42,867 bases of DNA from an uncultured Anaerolineales bacterium (GCA_964478725.1 CAYZKS010000007.1:1-42867), one strand, 5' to 3'; shown: positions 19,767 to 28,203, counted from the first letter of the stretch. The notes: generated by a model from the sequence alone, not told the origin. Numbers and translations: made by a program.

Positions 19767-19928
19767 TTGTTCGTGACAGCCTGAGCCCTGCCCGAGACGA
19801 CCGGAGACACACAACGCCCCCAAGGTCTACGCCATTGTCAGGTCGCCTGTACGGTTGGTAGAACAACTGCAGCAGCACAGCGTCGAGCTGACTCTGGTGG
19901 AGCAAACCGCGGTCGTCTTTGACACGAC

Positions 19929-19957
19929 ATCATACAGCAATCGAGCAGAATCGTCAA
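19929..19957 (-). promoter_or_regulatory. Sigma70-type promoter of the BMP ABC operon (TTGACG-17 nt-TATGAT)
   Basis: rc of 19952-19957 is TTGACG and rc of 19929-19934 is TATGAT, with a 17-nt spacer. Confidence 0.45.
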
Positions 19958-19976
19958 CTCAAGACGCGCTCTTGGT

Positions 19977-20017
19977 GCCTGCAGCGCGTTCTGTGCCAGC
20001 CAGAACGCGCTGCAGGC
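19977..20017. repeat. Perfect 17-bp inverted repeat with 7-nt loop
   Basis: GCCTGCAGCGCGTTCTG (19977-19993), loop tgccagc, CAGAACGCGCTGCAGGC (20001-20017). No U-tract on either strand. Confidence 0.7.
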
Positions 20018-20108
20018 TGCGCAGGGCGGTTCCAAGTTGTGGGTGCTGGTCAGCGCTGCAAGTACCTGCTTGTCTCAGTGTGCCACGGATGGAGAATAGG
20101 ACGTGCCT

Positions 20109-20150
20109 GCAGGGAGAGCAAAATGGCGGCACGACCATTGCTCTCCCTGC
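20109..20150 (-). terminator. Stem-loop 9 nt downstream of the msmX-like stop codon (terminator-like, no clear U-tract)
   Basis: GCAGGGAGAGCA (20109-20120) pairs with TGCTCTCCCTGC (20139-20150), plus an inner ATGG/CCAT stem. Confidence 0.4.
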
Positions 20151-20158
20151 GAGTGCGT

Positions 20159-21259
20159 CTACACAACTGTCTTTTCGGTCTGCTTGTCGAAGAAATGAAC
20201 ATTCGCCATGTTGAAGGATACGTCTACTTTCTGGCCAATGCGCGCCGAGGTGCGTGGGTCAACGCGTGCGATGAATGTCTTGCCGTCAGTGAGCAGATAC
20301 AGGAACACCTCGCTGCCCATGACTTCGGTCACGTCTACCTCGACGTTCAGATGTTCGGCGGTGATGTTGGGCGGTGAGAAGTGGCGGTCGTGGATGTCCT
20401 CTGGACGGATGCCGAAAATCATCGCCTTGCCCAGGTAGTCTCGCAGAGCGCTGGCCTTCTCGGGCGGCACGTGTAGCCTGAAGCCTGGTCCTTCAACGTA
20501 CATCTCGTCCGCAGTGCCCTGGATCGTGGTCTCGAAGAAGTTCATGGCGGGGCTGCCGATGAAACCAGCCACGAACATGTTGACGGGCGAATCGTAAAGA
20601 TGCTGCGGTGTGTCCAACTGGTGCAGGAGGCCATCCCTCATGACGGCGATGCGCTCTCCCATAGTCATGGCTTCCATCTGGTCATGCGTGACGTAGATAA
20701 AGGTGGCCTGAAGCTCGTGATGCAACTTGGAGATCTCAGCGCGGGTCTGAACGCGCAGCTTGGCATCGAGGTTGGAAAGGGGCTCATCCATCAAGAACAC
20801 GGCGGGATTACGCACGATGGCTCTTCCCAGAGCCACACGCTGGCGCTGACCGCCCGATAGTTGCTTCGGCTTGCGGTCCAGCAGCTTCTCGATACCCAGC
20901 TTCGCTGCCGCGCTTTTCACGCTCTTCTCGATCTCTTCCCTGGGCATCTTGCGAAGCTTGAGACCGAAAGCCATGTTGTCAAACACGGTCATGTGGGGAT
21001 AGAGAGCGTAACTCTGAAAGACCATCGCAATATCGCGGTCCTTGGGGGCGACGTCATTCACGACGCGGTCGCCGATCTTGATCGTGCCGGAAGTGGTGTC
21101 TTCAAGGCCGGCCAGGAGGCGCAGAGCCGTGGTCTTGCCACAGCCCGACGGACCTACCAGTACCAAGAACTCTTTGTCGGCAATGTCAAGGCACAGATCG
21201 TTTACGGCGACTACATCGCCAAAATGCTTTGTAACGTGATCGTAGACTACCCTTGCCAT
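20159..21259 (-). CDS. Sugar-type ABC transporter ATP-binding protein (MsmX/MalK/UgpC family), stand-alone
   Basis: ATG 21259 (MARVVYDHVTKHFGD). Walker A GPSGCGKTT, signature LSGGQRQRVA, Walker B FLMDEPLSNLD, and a C-terminal MalK-type regulatory/TOBE-like domain. Confidence 0.9.
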   Translation of the reverse strand: MARVVYDHVTKHFGDVVAVNDLCLDIADKEFLVLVGPSGCGKTTALRLLAGLEDTTSGTIKIGDRVVNDVAPKDRDIAMVFQSYALYPHMTVFDNMAFGLKLRKMPREEIEKSVKSAAAKLGIEKLLDRKPKQLSGGQRQRVALGRAIVRNPAVFLMDEPLSNLDAKLRVQTRAEISKLHHELQATFIYVTHDQMEAMTMGERIAVMRDGLLHQLDTPQHLYDSPVNMFVAGFIGSPAMNFFETTIQGTADEMYVEGPGFRLHVPPEKASALRDYLGKAMIFGIRPEDIHDRHFSPPNITAEHLNVEVDVTEVMGSEVFLYLLTDGKTFIARVDPRTSARIGQKVDVSFNMANVHFFDKQTEKTVV

Positions 21260-21605
21260 TACAGTGCCCTCCAAACGTGGGGATATGGGATTGTGCGGCA
21301 CTCGAGGAACAGAACTGTTCGGTCATCCTCTGCCGCAGCGGACAGCGAGGATGGGCACAAGGCCAAAACCGCTTCCTCATGTGCTGCAAGAAGGCTTGCT
21401 CGCTGCAGAGTATCTGCTGACCCACCTCCTCTCTGGACCACGTCATCGCAACCACAACACCAGAGGTCCGGCTTGTCCGGTTTCGACACGGCTAGTCCAC
21501 GCGCGAATGTTTACGGGAAGCACAGAGATTATAACCGAAGAGAAGACCTCTGCACAAATGGGTCACCGCCACGCGAGAGGCAGATCCCGGAAGATTCAGT
21601 ACCAC

Positions 21606-23258
21606 CTAGGCAGCCGCAGGAGGTGGTCCGCCTTGAATGATTTGGTGGTACTTTTCAAACCAATAGGCAGTCTCCGCCTTTCTTCGCTCACGGTCGTGGC
21701 GCCTTTGGCCCTCTTTGTATACCTCTATGCGGCGGAATACCTCTGCTTGGATGTCACCGGGGTGAGGCACGTTTTCGAATGTGATCGCCCCGGTGGCACC
21801 CGCGGTCTGAATCAGCACGTTGCCATAGTTCAGAAGGTTGGGAAGCACGCCATGGATCTCGATCGAGACGTTTTCGATCCTCTCGAGGCCTGCTCTGCGC
21901 ACCACTTCATCAAAGAACAGGGGCTTCTTCTGCACGTCGATTACCGCCTCGTTCGTCACTACGTACTCGTCATTCCTCCAGTCCTCGACTTCCCAGAGCA
22001 ACCACAGCCAGACTGCTATCCACAGCACGAGCAACACCAGCAGAAGCGAAGGTCCAAATGGATTGGGCCAAAGAGACAGACTGCCCATGATCCAGACAGC
22101 CGAGATCAGAAGCGCGGCCAGCAGGGGAACCCAGATCCTCTGGAGAAGAAAGATCCAATGCTTGCGCCAGACGAGGCGATCCGCTTGTTCGTAGCGCAGT
22201 CGTAACAGTGGCCTCTTGGGCGTGAGGCGTGCCAGAATGCTCAGTTGCCTGGCAGGCGCAGGGGCCGGCGGCTGTGCGAATGTAGGCTGAGCTCGCCCAG
22301 TCTTGACCAGGAGCTGCTGGTAGATCTCTTCGCGCTCCTGCTTCCTCAACCGGCCGTTCAGAGCACTGGCCTGCTTATCGATCACCTCTCGCATGCCCTC
22401 AGGATCGGGCAAGTGGTCAAGAACGATGGATCCGCGCGTAGCGGCAGTCTCAACGTGCACGTTGCCATACTTCAGCAGCTTTCCAAGCAGGCGACGCGAG
22501 ATACGAGTGCCCTGAATCTTGTCCAATGGAGCCTCGTCTCGGCTCTCGTAGAGCAGAATCAGTCTCTCCCGGTGGACGATTCTCTGGGTAGTCACCAGAT
22601 AAAAGTCGTTGCGCCAATCTGCCCACAGCCAAAGCGTTATCGAGGCAAACGGAATGCCGAGCAACAGGATAACAAACCAGGGATTCGCACTCACGCCTGC
22701 CTGGAGCAGGAGTAGCAGCAGGATCCCCAATAACAACAAGACAAACAAGGGAAGGAACATGGCGCGCGCAAAGACCACCCAGTGTCTTCTGCGCATGAGC
22801 AGTGGAGCTTCGTCGCGGTTGAACCAGGGGAACGAGCGTGCACGGCGGCGCTCTCTGACAAGAGGCCTGATAGTAAGCTGGACACCGATTTCAGGGTGTT
22901 CTTTCAGCAGGGCGTCGAACTCGGGCTTGCGAATGGCGAGGGCTTCCACGTCCGTTTTGGCCTGTACGCTCTTGTCATTGGCATCCCCCAACAGCAGGGC
23001 GTCTACACCGATCACACCGCCCTCTCGGAGATAGTCGATGGGCCGCTCCAATCCGCGCGCATCGATCTGGTGGATGATGGCTTCGCCAGAGTCAATGACA
23101 TACAGCGTCTCGTCGTGTTCGCCTTGCTCGCACAGCATGCTGCCTTTTGGGTAGGGGTGCCTAATCGCCAACTGGGCTACTCGAGCCAGGGCGTCGGCCG
23201 AAAGAGAAGCGAATAGTGGCACACTTTTTAGTCGCGCCAGTGTGTCCATGCGATCCAA
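21606..23258 (-). CDS. Cyclic-nucleotide-binding domain protein fused to two membrane-embedded bacterial PH (bPH_2/YdbT-like) modules
   Basis: An N-terminal cNMP-binding fold (VPLFASLSADAL..., GEAIIHQIDARG), then two repeats of a TM hairpin plus PH-like domain (RRHWVVFARAMFLPLFV... and RKHWIFLLQRIWVPLLA...). Confidence 0.7.
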   Translation of the reverse strand: MDRMDTLARLKSVPLFASLSADALARVAQLAIRHPYPKGSMLCEQGEHDETLYVIDSGEAIIHQIDARGLERPIDYLREGGVIGVDALLLGDANDKSVQAKTDVEALAIRKPEFDALLKEHPEIGVQLTIRPLVRERRRARSFPWFNRDEAPLLMRRRHWVVFARAMFLPLFVLLLLGILLLLLLQAGVSANPWFVILLLGIPFASITLWLWADWRNDFYLVTTQRIVHRERLILLYESRDEAPLDKIQGTRISRRLLGKLLKYGNVHVETAATRGSIVLDHLPDPEGMREVIDKQASALNGRLRKQEREEIYQQLLVKTGRAQPTFAQPPAPAPARQLSILARLTPKRPLLRLRYEQADRLVWRKHWIFLLQRIWVPLLAALLISAVWIMGSLSLWPNPFGPSLLLVLLVLWIAVWLWLLWEVEDWRNDEYVVTNEAVIDVQKKPLFFDEVVRRAGLERIENVSIEIHGVLPNLLNYGNVLIQTAGATGAITFENVPHPGDIQAEVFRRIEVYKEGQRRHDRERRKAETAYWFEKYHQIIQGGPPPAAA

Positions 23259-23367
23259 TCCTGAGCGGGATCTGCGAACATTCTACAGCAGACTGCCGCA
23301 AACACACAAGCACGATACTTGGCATGGCGGCAAAGGTCTGGTGATGCCACCAAGGGCGTAAGGCTGG

Positions 23368-23396
23368 GGAAAAGCAAAGACCGGTCCGCGGACCGA
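23368..23396 (-). terminator. Terminator-like hairpin after tRNA-Val
   Basis: Palindrome CGGTCCGCGGACCG (23382-23395) is followed on the minus strand by UCUUUGCUUUUCC. Confidence 0.45.
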
Positions 23397-23426
23397 TCTC
23401 TGCCTCAAGAGGGTCAAGTGTGTTAG

Positions 23427-23500
23427 TGGGCAAGATAGGACTCGAACCTACGGCCTCCACGATGTCAACGTGGCGCTCTAACCAACTGAGCTACTTGCCC
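23427..23500 (-). tRNA. tRNA-Val (anticodon GAC)
   Basis: The reverse complement folds as a cloverleaf: acceptor GGGCAAG/CTTGCCC, D arm GCTC/GAGC, anticodon stem CCACG/CGTGG with loop TTGACAT, T arm GTAGG-TTCGAGT-CCTAT, discriminator A. 74 nt; CCA is not encoded. Confidence 0.9.
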
Positions 23501-23510
23501 CGGCATTCGG

Positions 23511-23538
23511 ATTATAGACGAAAAGGGGCTTTTGGCAA
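23511..23538 (-). promoter_or_regulatory. Promoter for tRNA-Val (TTGCCA-16 nt-TATAAT)
   Basis: rc of 23533-23538 is TTGCCA and rc of 23511-23516 is TATAAT. The -10 ends 10 nt before the mature tRNA 5' end. Confidence 0.5.
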
Positions 23539-23545
23539 ATTGCCG

Positions 23546-24811
23546 CTAGAGCCGCAGGGCGGAGCGGAATCCGCGCTCGCTCTTGAATGGTCCGATAGCT
23601 GCCAAGCTGAGCTTCTCTGGCGAAAACATGCGCTGAGCCAGCAATTGCACGTCCTGCGGAGTCACGGCGTCCACCATGGCGAGCACTTGATTCAGGCTCA
23701 AGACCTTGCGGTCCGTCACCTCCTGGCCGGCTCCCCAATCTGCATTGGAAAAGGTATCCTCCATACGCAGCAACAAGTGTCCCTTGGTATATTCCTTGGC
23801 CTTCTTGATTTCGGGCTCGGGAACCAGGCTACTGCGAAGCAGATCCAGCTGTTCCATCATGGCTTTCACTGTGGCGGTGGCCTTATTGGGTGGAACGCCC
23901 GCATACAGTACCATAGCTCCCGTGTCGCGCAAGTGGGAGGTATAGGAGCCAACACTATAAGCCAGTCCTCGTTTCTCCCGAATCTCTAGGAAAAGCCTTG
24001 AACTCATGCCTTCGCCCAATACGGTGTTCAGGATGCGTAGCTTGAAGCGCTCAGGGTCACTGGCCGACAGCCCGCGCATGCCCACACACAAATGCGCTTG
24101 CTCGGTCTCCTTGGGCTCCACTTGCAGGCGCGGGCCACAGGGGGCCTCCGCCGCCGGGGCGAAACGAGGCTTCTCCGCTGGCTGCCACGCGCCCAGGCTC
24201 GCGTCCAGTTGCTCGACGATGTGCTGGTGGTTTAGCTTGCCAGCCAGGCTGATCACCGTACTGCCCGGAGTGTAGTTGTGACCGATGTAATCCAGCATGT
24301 CCCGACGGCCAATGGCAGAGACCGATGTTCTGGTGCCGGCTGTGTCCGATCCCACGGGATGATCGGGCCAGATCAGTGCCTTAATCAGGTTGTGCACCCT
24401 GGCCTCGGGAGTATCCATCTCGCGACAGATTTCCTGGATGATGACCTGTCGCTCCTTCTCCACCTCTTCGGGCTCGAACTTGGAGTGGTGGAACATGTCC
24501 AGTAGCACGTCCAAGGCTATCGGCAGGTGTTGGTCGGCCACCTTTGCCCAGTATACCGTCACCTCGTCACTGGTCCAGGCGTTGAGCACACCTCCCAGAC
24601 CTTCGATCTCCTCAGCGATGTGCTGTGCTGTGGGACGGCGTGCTGTTCCTTTGAACAGCATGTGCTCGATAAAGTGTGAGATACCGCTCTGAGGCGGGCT
24701 CTCGTAACGCGATCCCACCGCAGTGTAGATTCCCATGGCCACGGACCGGGTATGGGGCATGGAAGTAGTCAGTATCCGCAGCCCATTGCCCAAGGTGACT
24801 TTGCGATACAT
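23546..24811 (-). CDS. M16-family (pitrilysin/insulinase-like) zinc peptidase
   Basis: HFIEHMLFKGT (HxxEH zinc motif), and M16 N- and C-domain-like sequence throughout. Confidence 0.85.
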   Translation of the reverse strand: MYRKVTLGNGLRILTTSMPHTRSVAMGIYTAVGSRYESPPQSGISHFIEHMLFKGTARRPTAQHIAEEIEGLGGVLNAWTSDEVTVYWAKVADQHLPIALDVLLDMFHHSKFEPEEVEKERQVIIQEICREMDTPEARVHNLIKALIWPDHPVGSDTAGTRTSVSAIGRRDMLDYIGHNYTPGSTVISLAGKLNHQHIVEQLDASLGAWQPAEKPRFAPAAEAPCGPRLQVEPKETEQAHLCVGMRGLSASDPERFKLRILNTVLGEGMSSRLFLEIREKRGLAYSVGSYTSHLRDTGAMVLYAGVPPNKATATVKAMMEQLDLLRSSLVPEPEIKKAKEYTKGHLLLRMEDTFSNADWGAGQEVTDRKVLSLNQVLAMVDAVTPQDVQLLAQRMFSPEKLSLAAIGPFKSERGFRSALRL

Positions 24812-24845
24812 GTGTGCTCTCTGATCCTCCTCGGTACCAATCAGA

Positions 24846-25517
24846 CTACTGTGACTTGAGTTCTGCCAGCAGTGACTCAGTCACCTGACGCAGTTGTTCG
24901 TCATCGTTCATGGTTAGGAACTTCTCCAGGGCTGCGATGGCCTCTGCCTTCTTGCCTTGTAGTTTGTAGGCGTTGCCTAGACCATAGTGCGCCCGCGCCA
25001 GATTGGGGTCCAAGCGCAACGCTTCCATGAATTCGGCGATGCCCGCATCGAGTTTGGATTGTTGTACATAGGTCGCGCCAAGGTTATAGTGGATGTCTGC
25101 ATCGTTCGGGCGCAAGCGTAGAGCAGCCTGAAACTGGGTCTCAGCCTTGTCAAACGCGCCTTGCTGGTAGTACACTGCGCCCAGGTTAGAGCTGGCATCG
25201 ACGCTGCTGGCATCGAGTTCCAGCGTCTTCTGGAATTCGCTCGCCGCGTCCTCGAGTTGCCCCAGCTCGAAGTAGGTGTTGCCCAAGCGAAAGTGGCCTT
25301 CCACGGAGCTCGGGTCGATGCGAATGACGGCCTGGAACTCGGCCACCGCTTCAGACAGTTTGCCCTGGTCCGCATACTCGCGTCCCTGGCTCAAATGGGA
25401 TTCGACAGTGCCCTCAACGGTTGGCTCCGGTTTGGCTCCACCGCAGCCGGTCAGCGATAAAAGAACGATCGCAATCAACCCCCACAGGCGGATACGTTGC
25501 ACCAGAGGCTTCGGCAT
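24846..25517 (-). CDS. TPR-repeat lipoprotein
   Basis: Lipobox LSLTGC, followed by about five tandem 34-aa TPR units (A..F...L.L.P....A...LG..Y). Confidence 0.8.
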   Translation of the reverse strand: MPKPLVQRIRLWGLIAIVLLSLTGCGGAKPEPTVEGTVESHLSQGREYADQGKLSEAVAEFQAVIRIDPSSVEGHFRLGNTYFELGQLEDAASEFQKTLELDASSVDASSNLGAVYYQQGAFDKAETQFQAALRLRPNDADIHYNLGATYVQQSKLDAGIAEFMEALRLDPNLARAHYGLGNAYKLQGKKAEAIAALEKFLTMNDDEQLRQVTESLLAELKSQ

Positions 25518-25533
25518 TGGTTTTCCTCCATAC

Positions 25534-26172
25534 CTACTCCCTGTAGTTCAGAACCACAACCTGGGTCTCCGATGGGAGGCTGTTCTTATCTACATCCAGG
25601 CTGTCGCGAGGGCCGGCCTCGGGCAGCCCCATCTCACGCACGAACCTGGTCACTGGCTCCAGTTTGAGCTTGGTGGCCTTGGTCTTGTAGTGCATGGGCA
25701 CGACGATTCTGGGCTCCAACAGGGAGATGATCTCGGCGGCCTGGCCGGCACCGATCGTGGTGAAGGCCCCCACGGGGATGAGCAGGATGTCTATATCGGT
25801 GAAGGGTTCTATCTGTGCGTGGGCAGGCACGTGGTCCAGGCCGCCAAGGTGGCAGACTTTCAGTCCGTCAAAGTCGATCAGATACAGGATATTCTTGCCA
25901 CGCTCTGGCGCTTTGATTCTCTTGAGGGGCGTGGCTATGCCCGTGATGAAGACCCCCTTGACCTCGTATTCGCCGGGGCCGTCGATGATCTTTGGGTCGC
26001 CCTGCACCAGGCCGCAGTTGTTATAGTGGGGGTGATCATGGCTGATGGTGACAATGTCGGCACGCAGGCGGGGAACGGAGTAGCCCACATCTTTGCCGCA
26101 GGGGTCCGTGACTACGGCTGCGCCTCTGGTTTTCAGTCTAAAGCAAGAGTGTCCGTACCAGATGATTTCCAC
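25534..26172 (-). CDS. MBL-fold metal-dependent hydrolase (UPF0173-like)
   Basis: MEIIWYGHSCFRL..., SHDHPHYNN His cluster, about 210 aa. Confidence 0.7.
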   Translation of the reverse strand: MEIIWYGHSCFRLKTRGAAVVTDPCGKDVGYSVPRLRADIVTISHDHPHYNNCGLVQGDPKIIDGPGEYEVKGVFITGIATPLKRIKAPERGKNILYLIDFDGLKVCHLGGLDHVPAHAQIEPFTDIDILLIPVGAFTTIGAGQAAEIISLLEPRIVVPMHYKTKATKLKLEPVTRFVREMGLPEAGPRDSLDVDKNSLPSETQVVVLNYRE

Positions 26173-26195
26173 TTTTCTTCCTTCAGGCGCCAGGT

Positions 26196-26969
26196 CTATC
26201 TGAGCGGCAGGTTGTCCCTGATCTGGCGGGCTGCAGCAACCAATTGTGGGTCGGTATCAAACACGGCGACCCCGGCAATGTCGGCCTCTATGGCCTTTTC
26301 ACTGAATGGCAAGTAGCCCAGAACCTGGTCGTCAGGGAGTGATTCCTGGATGAATTGCCTATCGCGCTCACTGCGTACCTTGTTGCCTACCACGTATACG
26401 TTGTGGATGCCGATGTCCGCCGCCAATCGCCTCACGGCCTGAGCCGTCTGGAGGCTGCGCTGCCCCGGCTCCACGACCACGACAAACGCATCCACAGCAC
26501 CAGCGGTACCTCGTCCGAGATGCTCCAGGCCAGCTTCCATGTCGAGGATAACTACTTCCGAGCGCCCGACAAACAGATGGCGGACAAGGTTCTTGAGAAG
26601 GGCGCTCTCGGGGCAGATGCATCCTGCGCCGCCGCGTTGCACTGTGCCCAAAACAAGCAACCTGATGCCCCGATGCATGGCCGAGAAGCGGTCGGGGATG
26701 TCATCTACCCTGGGATTGAGGGAGAACATCCCACCACTTTGCCCAGGACGAGCACCCGTACGCTCTTCAATCAAATCCGCCATTTCCGCAATCGGCGTGA
26801 TCTGCTTGGCTACATCCGCCGGCAAGCCCAAGGCAGATGCCAGATTGGCATCTGGATCGGCATCAATTACGAGCACCTTGTTGCCTTCGTCGGCGTAGAT
26901 GTAGGCGAGCAGTGCTGCAAGAGTGGTCTTGCCCACGCCACCCTTGCCAGTGACAGCAAACTTGGGCAT
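26196..26969 (-). CDS. CooC-family (MinD/ParA-type) nickel-insertion-like ATPase
   Basis: Deviant Walker A GKGGVGKTT and a CxC motif (GGAGCICPES), as in CO dehydrogenase maturation factor CooC. Confidence 0.7.
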   Translation of the reverse strand: MPKFAVTGKGGVGKTTLAALLAYIYADEGNKVLVIDADPDANLASALGLPADVAKQITPIAEMADLIEERTGARPGQSGGMFSLNPRVDDIPDRFSAMHRGIRLLVLGTVQRGGAGCICPESALLKNLVRHLFVGRSEVVILDMEAGLEHLGRGTAGAVDAFVVVVEPGQRSLQTAQAVRRLAADIGIHNVYVVGNKVRSERDRQFIQESLPDDQVLGYLPFSEKAIEADIAGVAVFDTDPQLVAAARQIRDNLPLR

Positions 26970-26986
26970 GCCCTATTCTCCTCGTC

Positions 26987-28036
26987 CTAGTCTAGCTGAA
27001 CCCCGTACTGTATCTTGGCTATAGACTTCTCAGCTTCTAGCCATCTAAGGAAGGATTGTTGCCGCCAGGTGGCCAGCATCTCATCCGCCACCTCTCGCGC
27101 CGGGTCCCGCTCTACGACCTCGATGATGTGAAAGCCAAAGTCCGTCTTGACAATGCCGCTCATCTGGCCGGGGTTGAGAGCAAACGCCACAGCTTCGATC
27201 TCGATTGGCATCACTCCGCGTGGGAAGAAGCCAAGATCTCCCCCCGTCTCACTGGTGGCTTTGTCTTGGGAGTACTGCCTGGCTAATTGGGCGAACTCCC
27301 CCCCTGAGCGCAACTTGAGCAGCACATCCATGGCCTCGGCCTCGCTGGCCAGCAGAATGTGTCTTACATGTGCCTGTTCAACAGTTGTGGACATCGAGCC
27401 CACCACATGCTCTTGCAGAGCCGCACTCAACAGCTCGCGCCGCAACTGGGTTCGGAAGGTGTCTTGAGTGAGACCGTTCGCCTCTAGCCATTCGTCGAAC
27501 TTGGCAGCATCGTCGCCGATCAACTGCGATATCTCCGCATCCACCTTATCGTCGGTGACTGTTACCCCTGCTTTCGCAGCAGCTTGCTCGATCAGAGCCT
27601 GGTCAACCATCCAATTCAAGACCTGACTCTGCACTTGAGCCAGAGCGGCTCGGCCTTCCAGGGTGTTGGCATCGAAGCTCTGTTGCTGCTGCAGGTAGCT
27701 CACAGCCTGGCTGACCTGATCCTGATAGTCTTGTAGAGGGATCACTCGGCCGTTGACGACAGCTGCCGCATTTGCCGGGATGGTGGGTACTGCGGTGGGT
27801 ACAGCGGACGTCGGAACCGCGGTGGCTACGGCGACCGTGGGTACGGGGGAAGTTGCTGGCTCCGGCATGGCGGTAGCAGTTGGAACGGGCGTGTTCACTG
27901 GTGTACTCGCGGGCGAAACGAGCGTGTCTGTGGGGGCGCTCAACACTGGCGTCGGCGTGGAGAGCGTTGGCTGGCTAGTGCAGGCAACTGCAGCAGCCAG
28001 CAGAAGCAAAAGAAGAGCGATACGGTATCGGTTCAT
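26987..28036 (-). CDS. Secreted parvulin-type peptidyl-prolyl isomerase (SurA/PrsA-like lipoprotein)
   Basis: Lipobox AAAVAC, PT-rich linker, SurA-like chaperone region, and a parvulin domain (HVRHILL...GGDLGFF...FGFHIIEV). Confidence 0.8.
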   Translation of the reverse strand: MNRYRIALLLLLLAAAVACTSQPTLSTPTPVLSAPTDTLVSPASTPVNTPVPTATAMPEPATSPVPTVAVATAVPTSAVPTAVPTIPANAAAVVNGRVIPLQDYQDQVSQAVSYLQQQQSFDANTLEGRAALAQVQSQVLNWMVDQALIEQAAAKAGVTVTDDKVDAEISQLIGDDAAKFDEWLEANGLTQDTFRTQLRRELLSAALQEHVVGSMSTTVEQAHVRHILLASEAEAMDVLLKLRSGGEFAQLARQYSQDKATSETGGDLGFFPRGVMPIEIEAVAFALNPGQMSGIVKTDFGFHIIEVVERDPAREVADEMLATWRQQSFLRWLEAEKSIAKIQYGVQLD

Positions 28037-28175
28037 GCCTTGCCTCTCGTGAGAATCAGTGTGCCTTCAGGTAGGAGCTCCGTGGTCAGCGTATTATAGT
28101 GGGAAATGATAAACGCGCAAGCACACCCGCTTCTTGTGTGTAGGCAGCCAAGCATCAGCACCTTCCTTGCCCGAT

Positions 28176-28203
28176 TTGACTTTTCAAAGCAATTGGCTAT
28201 TAT
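28176..28203 (+). promoter_or_regulatory. groESL promoter (TTGACT-16 nt-TATTAT)
   Basis: -35 at 28176-28181 and -10 at 28198-28203, directly upstream of CIRCE. Confidence 0.5.

Noticed and set aside
19542-19823. N-terminal 94-codon extension of the BMP binding protein in the ORF track, with analogous extensions at 4659-4820, 8470-8532, 11663-11872, 30254-30460, 41879-41920 and 42638-42667
   Set aside because: The internal starts are preceded by strong AGGAGG-type RBSs and give proper signal peptides or canonical N-termini. The extensions lack RBSs and in several cases run through predicted promoters, operators or terminators.
19780-19860. Possible ZTP (pfl) riboswitch in the ABC-operon leader
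   Set aside because: I noticed UGAC..AAUGGCG and CGUCUCGGGCA, which recall the conserved UGACUGGCG and CCGCCUGGGCA blocks. However, the spacing is wrong, there is an inserted nucleotide in the 3' block, and the candidate pseudoknot strand doubles as the P1 strand. From memory of the consensus this does not fit. It should only be revisited if cmscan gives a significant hit.
21307-21320. GAACAGAACTGTTC palindrome upstream of the msmX-like gene as a third SOS box
   Set aside because: The half-sites are separated by 6 nt rather than 4 (GAAC-N6-GTTC), so it does not match the Cheo box. It may be an operator for another regulator, or chance.
20861-22205. Plus-strand ORFs 20861..21640 and 21264..22205
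   Set aside because: They are antisense to the MsmX-like ATPase and the cNMP-binding protein, have no motifs, and are Arg/His/Pro-rich.
25276-26316. 346-aa plus-strand ORF spanning the TPR, MBL and CooC genes
   Set aside because: It crosses three well-supported minus-strand genes and their intergenic spacers, so it is an antisense artefact. The same reasoning applies to 13447..14073, 13536..14147, 35080..35748, 39908..40480 and 40468..41001.
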